Shown here one piece after another: positions 56,584-64,000 of a stretch of DNA of 64,000 nucleotides. Position numbers and translations under genes: made by a program. Below the pieces are notes generated by a model. It had not been told where the DNA came from and searched no databases. It saw only the letters and a program-made list of their open reading frames with translations. The stretch comes from Acidobacteriota bacterium (GTDB lineage Bacteria; Acidobacteriota; Vicinamibacteria; Marinacidobacterales; Marinacidobacteraceae): assembly GCA_022828085.1 (NCBI GenBank), contig JAJEIY010000001.1, positions 35,180 through 99,179 on the forward strand, read 5' to 3'. Each line of letters opens with the position of its first letter. Position 1 is the stretch's first letter.

Positions 56584-57888
56584 ATGCGGCGCAGGCGGTT
56601 TCTGAGTTCGGTGGGCGAAGCCGGCGGCGCCGCGCTCGTCACCACCCTGTTCGGCCCGGAAACGATCCGGAACGTCGAGGCCGCGGCGCAGCGGACCGCG
56701 GGAACAAGCCCGGAAGACCTCGCGCGCGACGAGAACTACTGGAGCGAGATCCAGCAGGCGTTCAGCGTCACGCGTTCGATCATCAACCTGAACAACGGTG
56801 GGGTCTGCCCCTCACCCCGCATGGTCACCGAGGCGTTCGTCCGCTACATCTGGGAATCGGAGGAGGCCCCCGTCTACACGATGTGGCAGATCCTCCAGCC
56901 CCGGAAGGAAAACGTCCGCCAGCGGCTCGCGGTGCTGTTCGGATGCGACCCCGAGGAGGTCGCGCTCGTCCGCAACACCTCGGAAGCCATGGAGATCCTG
57001 CTGCTGGGCATGGATCTCCAGTCCGGCGACGAGATCCTCACCACCACCCAGGACTACGGTCGGATGCTCACCACCATCCGCCAGCGGACGCGCCGCGAGG
57101 GCATCGATCTCAAGTTCATCCAGATCCCGACCCCGGCCGAGACCGACGAGGAGGTCGTGGAGGGGTTCCGCGGCGCCATCACCGACAAGACCCGGATCAT
57201 CCTGATGTCCCACCAGATCAACCTCACCGGGCAGATCCTGCCGGTGAAGGCGGTCTGCGACCTGGCCCGCGAACGCGGCATCGAGGTCATGGTGGACGGG
57301 GCGCACTCGTTCGCCCAGTTCGACTTCAAGCTCGAAGACATCGGCTGCGACTACTTCGGCACCAGCCTTCACAAGTGGCTCCTCGCCCCCAAGGGCACCG
57401 GGATGCTCTACGTGAAGAAGGACAAGATCCCGAAGATCTGGCCCATGATGCCCGCCCCCGAGCGCATGGACGAGGACATCCGCAAGTACGAGGAGATCGG
57501 CACCCATCCCGCCGCCAACTTCGTGGCGGTCGGAGAAGCGATCACCTTCCACAACACGGTGGGCGCGAAGAACAAGGAGGCCCGGCTCCGCTATCTGAAG
57601 GACACCTGGGCCGATCGCCTGTCAGCACTCCCCAATACCGAACTCCACACTTCGCGCAACCCCAGGTTGAGCTGCGCCATCGGCAACATCAACCTGACGA
57701 CCGTCGAACCGCCCCGGCTCCGCGACTACTTCTGGGAGAAGCACCACATCATCGTCACTCCCATCATGCACGAGGAGTTCCAGGGACTCCGGATCACTCC
57801 GAACCTCTACACGACCATGGCCGAGCTCGACTACTTCTGCAACGTGTACGAGGACATCGCGCGGAACGGCCTTCCCAAGTCGGCCTGA
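56584..57888 (+). CDS. Class V aminotransferase / cysteine-desulfurase-like PLP enzyme with twin-arginine signal
   Basis: MRRRRFLSSVGEAGGAALVTTLFGP is a Tat signal. The PLP-lysine motif is SLHKWLLAPKGTG, and the protein is 434 aa. A strong RBS AAAGGAG lies 8 nt upstream. Confidence 0.8.
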   Translation: MRRRRFLSSVGEAGGAALVTTLFGPETIRNVEAAAQRTAGTSPEDLARDENYWSEIQQAFSVTRSIINLNNGGVCPSPRMVTEAFVRYIWESEEAPVYTMWQILQPRKENVRQRLAVLFGCDPEEVALVRNTSEAMEILLLGMDLQSGDEILTTTQDYGRMLTTIRQRTRREGIDLKFIQIPTPAETDEEVVEGFRGAITDKTRIILMSHQINLTGQILPVKAVCDLARERGIEVMVDGAHSFAQFDFKLEDIGCDYFGTSLHKWLLAPKGTGMLYVKKDKIPKIWPMMPAPERMDEDIRKYEEIGTHPAANFVAVGEAITFHNTVGAKNKEARLRYLKDTWADRLSALPNTELHTSRNPRLSCAIGNINLTTVEPPRLRDYFWEKHHIIVTPIMHEEFQGLRITPNLYTTMAELDYFCNVYEDIARNGLPKSA

Positions 57889-57943
57889 TTCTCATGAACG
57901 TCGGTCCCGGTCCGGCGCGCGGCACGCCGGTGCGGCTGTTCTC

Positions 57944-59446
57944 ATGACCCACACCGCCGTGCATCCCGGCGCCGCTCCCGCGTTCCGCCAGTACGACCAC
58001 AACCCGACGTTCTACGACGAGATGTTCGAAGGCGACGGGTCTCCGCGCCAGCACTGCTCCGATTTCTTCGAGACCATCCGGGAGACGCCGCCGGATGACC
58101 TGCGGCAGATTCAGGAGCGGGTCACGCGGTCGTTCCTTCACGAGGGGATCACCTTCACCGTCTACGGCGACGAACAGACCATCGAGCGCGTCTTCCCGAT
58201 CGACTGCCTCCCCCGGATCGTGCGCGGAGACGAATGGGACGACGTCGCCCGCGGGCTGGAACAGCGGCTCCGGGCGCTCAACCTGTTCCTCCACGACATC
58301 TACCACCGGGGCCACATCATCCGCGACGGGGTGATCCCCGCCGAACTGGTCTACGGCAACAAGCACTACCGGATCGAGATGCGGGGCGTCGAGGTCCCCC
58401 ACGGCGCCTACGTCTCGGTCTGCGGCACCGACCTCGTGCGCACCCACGACGGGTTCGCGGTGCTCGAGGACAACCTCCGGGTGCCGTCCGGCGTCAGCTA
58501 CATGCTCGCCTGCCGGGATGCGATCAAGCGCAGCATGCCGCGCCTGTTCCGGCGTTCCCGGGTCCGGGACGTGGAGCAGTACAGCCGGCTGCTGCTCGAG
58601 ACGCTCCGGTCGCTCGCGCCGCCGCAGGTGAGCGATCCGAGCATCGTCCTGCTCACCCCCGGCGTCTACAACTCGGCCTACTACGAGCACGCCTTCCTCG
58701 CCCGCCAGATGGGCATCGAACTCGTCGAGGGACGCGACCTGCTCGTCCACAACCGGCGGGTGTACATGCGGACGACCGCCGGGCTCCGGCAGGTGGACGT
58801 GATCTACCGGCGCATCGACGACGACTTCATCGACCCGGTCACGTTCCGCGAGGACTCGGTGCTCGGAGTGCCCGGGCTCTTCCACGCGTACCGGGCGGGC
58901 CGGGTGGTGATCGCGAACGCCCCCGGGACCGGCGTGGCCGACGACAAGGCCGTCTATGCCTACGTGCCGCGCATCATCAAGTACTACCTGGGCGAGGAAT
59001 CGCTCATCAAGCCCATTCCAACCACTCTTTGCCGGGAGCGGGAGGGCCTTGCCTACACCCTCGCCAATCTGGACAAGCTGGTCGTGAAGATGGTGGGTGA
59101 GTCCGGCGGCTACGGGATGCTGGTCGGTCCTCACGCCTCGGCAACCGAACAAAAGGAGTTCGCGGCGGCGCTCCGGGCGAACCCGGACGACTACATCTCC
59201 CAGCCGACGCTCGCCCTGTCCCGGGCCCCCTGCCTTATCGGGGCCCATATCGAGCCGCGGCACGTGGACCTGCGGCCGTTCATCCTGCAGTCGGAACGGA
59301 CCGAGATCGTGCCCGGCGGCCTCTGCCGGGTCGCGCTCAAGAAGGGCAGCCTGGTGGTGAATTCCAGCCAGGGCGGCGGCTCCAAGGACGCCTGGATCGT
59401 GGATGTTCCGGAGGCGGCCGGGCCTGCTGCCGCCGCAAGCGCCTGA
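57944..59446 (+). CDS. Circularly permuted ATP-grasp type 2 protein (DUF404/DUF407)
   Basis: The 500-aa protein has conserved blocks (VIANAPGTGVADDKAVYAYVP, SGGYGMLVGPHA) characteristic of the cp-ATP-grasp family. It is the first gene of the cpATP-grasp / alpha-E / transglutaminase triad. Confidence 0.85.
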   Translation: MTHTAVHPGAAPAFRQYDHNPTFYDEMFEGDGSPRQHCSDFFETIRETPPDDLRQIQERVTRSFLHEGITFTVYGDEQTIERVFPIDCLPRIVRGDEWDDVARGLEQRLRALNLFLHDIYHRGHIIRDGVIPAELVYGNKHYRIEMRGVEVPHGAYVSVCGTDLVRTHDGFAVLEDNLRVPSGVSYMLACRDAIKRSMPRLFRRSRVRDVEQYSRLLLETLRSLAPPQVSDPSIVLLTPGVYNSAYYEHAFLARQMGIELVEGRDLLVHNRRVYMRTTAGLRQVDVIYRRIDDDFIDPVTFREDSVLGVPGLFHAYRAGRVVIANAPGTGVADDKAVYAYVPRIIKYYLGEESLIKPIPTTLCREREGLAYTLANLDKLVVKMVGESGGYGMLVGPHASATEQKEFAAALRANPDDYISQPTLALSRAPCLIGAHIEPRHVDLRPFILQSERTEIVPGGLCRVALKKGSLVVNSSQGGGSKDAWIVDVPEAAGPAAAASA

Positions 59447-59448
59447 TC

Positions 59449-60423
59449 ATGCTCGCGCGCGTCGCCGACAACCTCTACTGGATGAGCCGGTACCTGGAGC
59501 GGTCGGACCAGACGATCCGTCTCCTGGGGGTCCAGGTGCGCTCGGTGACCGACAACACCTCCGCCCAGGTGGCTGCCGGCTGGACCCGGCTCTTCCGCAG
59601 CCTGAAGGTGGCGCCTCCCGGGGGCGACCCGCTCTACGGCGATCAGCTCGAGGACTCGTTCCTGCTCGCCGACGCCTACACGCTCGCGGACTTCATGAGT
59701 TTCGAGCGCGACAACCCCGGCTCGATGGTGTCCCTGTGGGGCATGTCGCGGGAGAACGCCCGGCAGGCGCGGCAGGAAATCACCCAGGAGATGTGGGGTC
59801 AGCTCAACCGAACCTACCTCTCGCTCCGCGACACGCAACTGCACTTCTTCTGGAACAAGGAACCCGAGAACTTCTACAAGGAGACATCCGCGCAGATCTA
59901 CCTCTTCCGGGGAGTGACCGACAACGGCCTGCGGCACGGACTTGCCTGGGACTTCATCCGGCTCGGGCGGTTCATGGAGCGCATCCAGGTGACCACCGAG
60001 ATTCTCGACAACTACCGCCCGGCCCTCGACGACGAGGACACCGACCTGGACTGGTCGCTCCTGCTCCGCAACTGCGCCAGTTTCGAGCCCTACTGCCGCC
60101 ACTACACGCCCGAAATCGATCCCTGGAAGGTGATGACCTTCCTGATCCACGAACCGGAGTCACCCCACACCCTCCGCTTCGCCGCCGAGGAGATCAGAAA
60201 CGGCCTGGGACGCATCGATCCCGCCGGCGGCGCCCGCCACCCCCTGCAGGCCGCGCACCGGATCGCCGGGCAGCTTCGGGCGCTGCTCGTCTACGGATCC
60301 CAGGACCGGGAGGACCTTGCGGGCACGCTTGCCGAGGTGCGCCGGCTCTCCCGCGGGCTCCACGACGAGATCTACCGCCGCTACATCTTCTATCCCGCGG
60401 ACCAGGCCCTGCCGGGAAGATAA
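59449..60423 (+). CDS. Alpha-E domain protein (DUF403)
   Basis: The 324-aa protein has the characteristic start MLARVADNLYWMSRYLERSDQTIRLL. Its start lies 3 bp after the ATP-grasp stop. Confidence 0.85.
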   Translation: MLARVADNLYWMSRYLERSDQTIRLLGVQVRSVTDNTSAQVAAGWTRLFRSLKVAPPGGDPLYGDQLEDSFLLADAYTLADFMSFERDNPGSMVSLWGMSRENARQARQEITQEMWGQLNRTYLSLRDTQLHFFWNKEPENFYKETSAQIYLFRGVTDNGLRHGLAWDFIRLGRFMERIQVTTEILDNYRPALDDEDTDLDWSLLLRNCASFEPYCRHYTPEIDPWKVMTFLIHEPESPHTLRFAAEEIRNGLGRIDPAGGARHPLQAAHRIAGQLRALLVYGSQDREDLAGTLAEVRRLSRGLHDEIYRRYIFYPADQALPGR

Positions 60424-60443
60424 GGGCCCGCGCGACCAGCCAC

Positions 60444-61364
60444 GTGACCTCCGAAGACACCCTCTACCGCATCGAACACGTGACCCGGTTCCGGTATTCG
60501 GAACCGATCCGGGAAGCCGTCGTCACGCTCTACCTCGAGCCCCGCAGCGACGCTTCCCAGCATCTCAGGTCCTTCCAGATCCTCACGGATCCCGGCGCCG
60601 AACTCGGCAGCTACGAGGACTGCTTCGGAAACGCGGTGCACTTCTTCGACGTGCCCGGCGAGCACGAACAACTGACGGTCACCTCCCGGTCCCTCGTTGC
60701 CCTCCACGCCAGCGATCCCGATGAAGCCAGGGGATCGGCCTGGGACGATCTGCAGGAACTGCGGACCCCTTCGACGTGGCATCTGCTCCACCCCACCCCG
60801 CTGACCCGGCCGACCGCCGCGCTGGACGCCTTCGTCGCCCGGCACGGGATCGAGCGCGGCGAAACGCCGCTGGCGTCCGTTCGCGAACTGACTTCCCGCA
60901 TTCACGAAGCGCTCGACTTCGAGCGGGGACGAACGCGGGTGGACTCACCGATCGACGATGCCCTGGCGGCGGAAAGCGGGGTCTGTCAGGACTTCTCCCA
61001 CATCATGCTCGCCATCGTGCGGGGCTGGGGGATCCCCGCTCAATACGTCTCGGGGTACCTCTTCCCGGTTCACAAGGGACGGGAGCAGGCCATGGCGCAG
61101 GCCAGCCACGCCTGGATCGAGTGCCTCCTCCCGGGCCTCGGCTGGGTGGGCGCCGACCCCACCAACAACACGGTTTCTCCGAGACATCACGTCCGGGTCG
61201 CGAGCGGGCGGGACTATCGTGACGTTCCACCCACCCGCGGCACCTTTCGGGGATCCGCTCAGCAGGAGCTGGAGGTCGGCGTCAAGATTTCGATGGTGGA
61301 TCCGGAACCCTCGGGCGGTCCCGCGCCCCCCGCAGACGTGCAATCCCCAACCCGCGGGCGGTGA
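60444..61364 (+). CDS. Transglutaminase-like family protein (N-terminal transglutaminase-N domain plus cysteine-protease core)
   Basis: The protein starts at GTG (VTSEDTLYRIEHVTRFRYSEP). The catalytic Cys motif GVCQDFSH and downstream His/Asp residues give about 306 aa. The long upstream track extension is junk. Confidence 0.8.
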   Translation: MTSEDTLYRIEHVTRFRYSEPIREAVVTLYLEPRSDASQHLRSFQILTDPGAELGSYEDCFGNAVHFFDVPGEHEQLTVTSRSLVALHASDPDEARGSAWDDLQELRTPSTWHLLHPTPLTRPTAALDAFVARHGIERGETPLASVRELTSRIHEALDFERGRTRVDSPIDDALAAESGVCQDFSHIMLAIVRGWGIPAQYVSGYLFPVHKGREQAMAQASHAWIECLLPGLGWVGADPTNNTVSPRHHVRVASGRDYRDVPPTRGTFRGSAQQELEVGVKISMVDPEPSGGPAPPADVQSPTRGR

Positions 61365-61440
61365 CGGACCGCGGAGGAACCCGCCTTTGTGTGTTGCGAT
61401 TCGCCCGGAAAACGCCGAGTATTCCTCTGTCGCGCGGCGC

Positions 61441-61474
61441 GTCCGCCGGGTTTCTGACCGGTTTCCCGGCGGAC
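61441..61474. promoter_or_regulatory. Perfect 10-bp inverted repeat GTCCGCCGGG-N14-CCCGGCGGAC upstream of the rsbW-like gene
   Basis: The repeat lies 40 bp upstream of the 61512 start, has no U-run, and a TTGACG hexamer lies just downstream. Confidence 0.35.
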
Positions 61475-61511
61475 GTGGGTTCCACCACAGGCTGCTAAAG
61501 TTGACGCCCCG

Positions 61512-61988
61512 ATGGCACCGAGGCGCGGCCCAGCCGGTAAGTCGAAGGCTCCCGCCTTCTCCTGCAAGCTGGACAAGAACCTGGGCGAACTCAGCGAGAT
61601 GCTCGTGGCGCTCGAGGAGTTCGCAGAGAAACATGGCGTGTCGCCGCTCCAGAGCCAGCGAATCACGCTCTCGGTGGACGAACTGGTCACCAACATCATC
61701 AAGTATGGAACCCAGGCACTCGAACACACCCACATCCACTTGTGGGCCACGATCGTGGACGGGACGTTTCACATCGAAATCGAGGATCACGGGATACCAT
61801 TCGACCCGTTTCACGAGGCGCCGGTCCCCGACACGACCCTTCCCCTCGAGGAGAGGCCGATCGGAGGGCTTGGTGTTTTTCTCGTTCAGTCCCTCATGAC
61901 CACGACCAATTACGAACGAATCAAGGATCGAAACCGGATCACCCTGACCCGGTCGCTAACAGCCGGCGACCAGGAGGAAACTCAATGA
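61512..61988 (+). CDS. Anti-sigma regulatory factor, RsbW/SpoIIAB-like Ser/Thr kinase (HATPase_c)
   Basis: The 158-aa protein has HATPase_c G-boxes (IEDHGIPFDP, GGLGVFLVQSLM). Confidence 0.75.
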   Translation: MAPRRGPAGKSKAPAFSCKLDKNLGELSEMLVALEEFAEKHGVSPLQSQRITLSVDELVTNIIKYGTQALEHTHIHLWATIVDGTFHIEIEDHGIPFDPFHEAPVPDTTLPLEERPIGGLGVFLVQSLMTTTNYERIKDRNRITLTRSLTAGDQEETQ

Positions 61989-62323
61989 ACCTGACGGATG
62001 AAACGAAGAACGGAGTTCTCGTGCTGTCGCCCCAGGGGCGCATCGACACCCGCACGAGCAGCGAGTTCGAGCAGGCGGTGATGGCGCACGCCATCGGGCC
62101 GGAAGGCGCGACCCAGGTGGTGATGAATTTCGGCGGGCTGGACTACATCAACTCGACGGGGATGCGCGTCCTGCTGATCCTCGCCAAGCGGCTGGCCGGC
62201 GTGAAGGGCAAGCTGGTGCTCTGCGAGATGAAGGAGCACATTCTCGAAGTCTTCAAGATCAGCGGCTTCAACCAGATCCTGACGATCACCGACACCGAAG
62301 CCGACGCTCTCGAGCGCTTCTAG
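61985..62323 (+). CDS. STAS-domain anti-sigma factor antagonist (RsbV/SpoIIAA-like)
   Basis: The 112-aa protein has the conserved phospho-acceptor region DYINSTGMRVLL. An ATGA overlap joins it to the upstream kinase gene. Confidence 0.8.
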   Translation: MNLTDETKNGVLVLSPQGRIDTRTSSEFEQAVMAHAIGPEGATQVVMNFGGLDYINSTGMRVLLILAKRLAGVKGKLVLCEMKEHILEVFKISGFNQILTITDTEADALERF

Positions 62324-62480
62324 CACCGCGCGTCAGTCCCGGGCGGGCTGACCGGCGGGTGCCAAGACCGCGCTTCGCCGGGTCCCGGGACCAAGATGAC
62401 ACGGGAGCGTGACACGCCTGACAACGGCCGGGAACGCCCGCCAGTGGCTGTGAAGATGCCGTCCCGCGGGTCGGCCAAGA

Positions 62481-62563
62481 GCCGTGATGGCGCCGCCGGC
62501 TTGGAACGCCGGTCTCCGACCGGCACGCGCGGTGCTCCGCACCGCGCACGTCGTGGCGTCGAC
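62481..62563 (+). repeat. Intergenic repeat element copy B
   Basis: The copy reads GCCGTGATGGCGCCGCCGGCTTGGAACGCCGGTCTCCGACCGGCACGCGCGGTGCTCCGCACCGCGCACGTCGTGGCGTCGACC. Hairpin 1 lies at 62508-62524 and hairpin 2 at 62527-62547 (GCGCGGTG/CACCGCGC). Confidence 0.75.
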
Positions 62564-62751
62564 CTGCTGGATGGTTGCTCGCTAGTGCCCGCAACTGAGC
62601 AGACCGGAGGTTCCCGGATCTCTGGCGCCCGTGGACTGGCCCACGGCGAAGCGCCGTCGGCGTCCGACGGCCCGGGCGTCCGTCGCCCGGACGCCAGCAC
62701 ACCTATACTCCGGCGGCTGGTCCCACCGCACGCCTCAAGACGTGGATTCCG

Positions 62752-63546
62752 ATGGCTGACATCCCCTGGCGCATCATCAGCGGCGACGGTCCGCTGGTAG
62801 CCACCGCGATCCACCACGGACACGACGTCCGTCCGGAAATCCGGGAACGAATGGCGCTCCCCGAACACAAGCGACTCAACGAGGAGGACCCCTTCACCGG
62901 CCCGTTCACCGCCGTTGCGCCCACCCGGATTGTCGTGGAGCGCTCGCGTTTCGAGGTGGACCTCAACCGTCCGCGCGAAAACGCCGTCTACCGCCGCCCC
63001 GAGGACGCCTGGGGCCTCCGCGTTTGGCGGGACGAACTCCCGGATGACGTCTGCGCCCGATCGCTGGCCATCCACGACGCGTTCTATGCAACGCTTCGGG
63101 GAATCCTCGAGGAGAAGGAACGACGCTACGGCGCCTTCGTGGTGTTCGACCTCCACAGCTACAACCACCGCCGCGACGGTCCGGACGCTCCCGCGCAGGA
63201 TCCCGCCGCGAACCCGGAGGTCAACCTGGGGACCGGGTCCATGGACCGGCACCGCTGGGGAGCCCTCGCCGACCGGTTCATGGAGGACCTGCGGTCCTTC
63301 GACTTCGGAGGGCGCCACCTCGACGTCCGGGAAAACGTCCGGTTCCGCGGCGCTCAGCTCTGCCGCTTCGTCCACACCAACTTCGCCGAGAGCGGCTGCG
63401 GGCTCGCGATCGAGTTCAAGAAGTTCTTTATGGACGAATGGACCGGCGAGACCCATCCGGGAATCCACGGGCGGATTCCGCAGGCGCTGCGCGCCACCGT
63501 CCCGGGGATCCTCGAAGAGTTGGAGAAGGTGCGCGCCGGGCGCTGA
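62752..63546 (+). CDS. N-formylglutamate amidohydrolase family protein
   Basis: The 264-aa protein has FGase-family blocks (FVVFDLHSY, CGLAIEFKK). Confidence 0.7.
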   Translation: MADIPWRIISGDGPLVATAIHHGHDVRPEIRERMALPEHKRLNEEDPFTGPFTAVAPTRIVVERSRFEVDLNRPRENAVYRRPEDAWGLRVWRDELPDDVCARSLAIHDAFYATLRGILEEKERRYGAFVVFDLHSYNHRRDGPDAPAQDPAANPEVNLGTGSMDRHRWGALADRFMEDLRSFDFGGRHLDVRENVRFRGAQLCRFVHTNFAESGCGLAIEFKKFFMDEWTGETHPGIHGRIPQALRATVPGILEELEKVRAGR

Positions 63547-63570
63547 GATGGCGCCGCAACCGCGCTGCCG

Positions 63571-64000
63571 GTGATACCCGCCCGCTTTCTGCGCTCGGCC
63601 GCCGGGCGGCTGGCCGCGGACCAACCCCTCCGGCGCCAGCTTCCGGACTGGGGCCGGGTCCACATCGACCGGCAGCTCCCCTTTGTCTGCGTGTACCGGC
63701 GTCCGCGGAGGGCGCCGGACGGCCTCACCGGGCGGCTGATCACCACGCAGGCGTCGTACGTGGTCGGCGCCGAGGACGAAATCGCCCCCTTGGTACGAAC
63801 CGTCGCGACCACCCTCTCGCCGGTTTTCGGCGGGTTTCTGGTTCTCGAAGTCTGGGAGACGCCCATCCGGGAACTGCCGGGAGAACCCGGCGCCGTCGCT
63901 CCGGGTTTCCGGATCCTCGCCCCGCGCGGGGAGGGCCTCTCCTCCACAGTCCAGGCGCTGGCCGCCGGGCTGACGGGAGTCCGCGTCTACAAGCATCCCG
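63571..64000 (+). CDS. Hypothetical protein, 5' fragment running off the window; possibly DUF1704 / QEGLA-motif family
   Basis: An open frame from a GTG translates as VIPARFLRSAAGRLAADQPLRRQLPDWGRVHIDRQLPFVCVYRRP... with no stop before the window end. The family assignment rests on recollection of N-terminal blocks only. Confidence 0.3.
   Translation, partial: MIPARFLRSAAGRLAADQPLRRQLPDWGRVHIDRQLPFVCVYRRPRRAPDGLTGRLITTQASYVVGAEDEIAPLVRTVATTLSPVFGGFLVLEVWETPIRELPGEPGAVAPGFRILAPRGEGLSSTVQALAAGLTGVRVYKHP

Noticed and set aside
62323-62752. Multiple GC-rich hairpins (GTCAGTCCCGGGCGGGCTGAC, CCGTGGACTGGCCCACGG, GGCGTCCG...CGGACGCC) in the spacer before the FGase-like gene
   Set aside because: Apart from repeat copy B, they are short and lack U-tracts. 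In about 70% GC DNA such stems arise frequently by chance. They are noted but not called as features.
1-64000. CRISPR arrays, rRNA/tRNA genes, integrase/transposase genes
   Set aside because: No regularly spaced direct repeats were found. No tRNA cloverleaf candidates or rRNA-like low-GC conserved blocks were seen. No recombinase or transposase domain appears in any frame. The only repeats are the scattered REP-like elements reported above.

Overview
The window is 64 kb of high-GC bacterial chromosome (GC roughly 68-72% by eye) with dense coding on both strands. About 52 protein-coding genes are supportable. No rRNA, tRNA, CRISPR array, transposase or integrase was found. Gene content suggests a proteolytic, Gemmatimonadota- or Acidobacteriota-like organism: an ADOP-type FtsX permease, a CarbopepD_reg-type TonB-dependent receptor, large BNR-repeat propeller proteins, a GWxTD-like protein and many secreted peptidases. 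This taxonomic guess is low confidence.

Four things stand out:
1. A 16-kb co-directional minus-strand cluster (28509-44333) led by a TonB-dependent receptor. It is followed by a Tat-exported TldD with a signal-less PmbA/TldE partner, a lipoprotein, a BNR double-propeller protein, a 1386-aa M14 carboxypeptidase protein, an S12 serine hydrolase and a YdeI-like protein. I read this as a candidate outer-membrane protein/peptide utilization locus.
2. The cassette of circularly permuted ATP-grasp, alpha-E and transglutaminase-like genes (57944-61364) is flanked on both sides. Upstream is a Tat-signal class V aminotransferase. Downstream is a reversed-order RsbW-like kinase plus STAS antagonist pair. 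At the window edge are an N-formylglutamate-amidohydrolase-like gene and a 5' fragment of a DUF1704/QEGLA-like gene, hinting at a second amidoligase-type system.
3. A dispersed intergenic repeat family with core GGCTTGGAACGCC plus two hairpins occurs in at least 5 full and 2 diverged copies. The second hairpin shows compensatory base changes between copies. One locus has an inverted pair, resembling a bacterial interspersed mosaic element (BIME) or miniature inverted-repeat element (MITE).
4. An orphan ccmC-ccmD pair is translationally chained to a short-chain dehydrogenase, a sodium-dependent transporter and an Ldh_2-like dehydrogenase.

Several PLP enzymes and peptidases carry twin-arginine signals, which suggests periplasmic amino-acid and peptide metabolism. 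Many long ORFs in the six-frame track are antisense or frame-shadow artefacts of the high GC content. Gene starts were refined by domain homology and frame arithmetic where possible.
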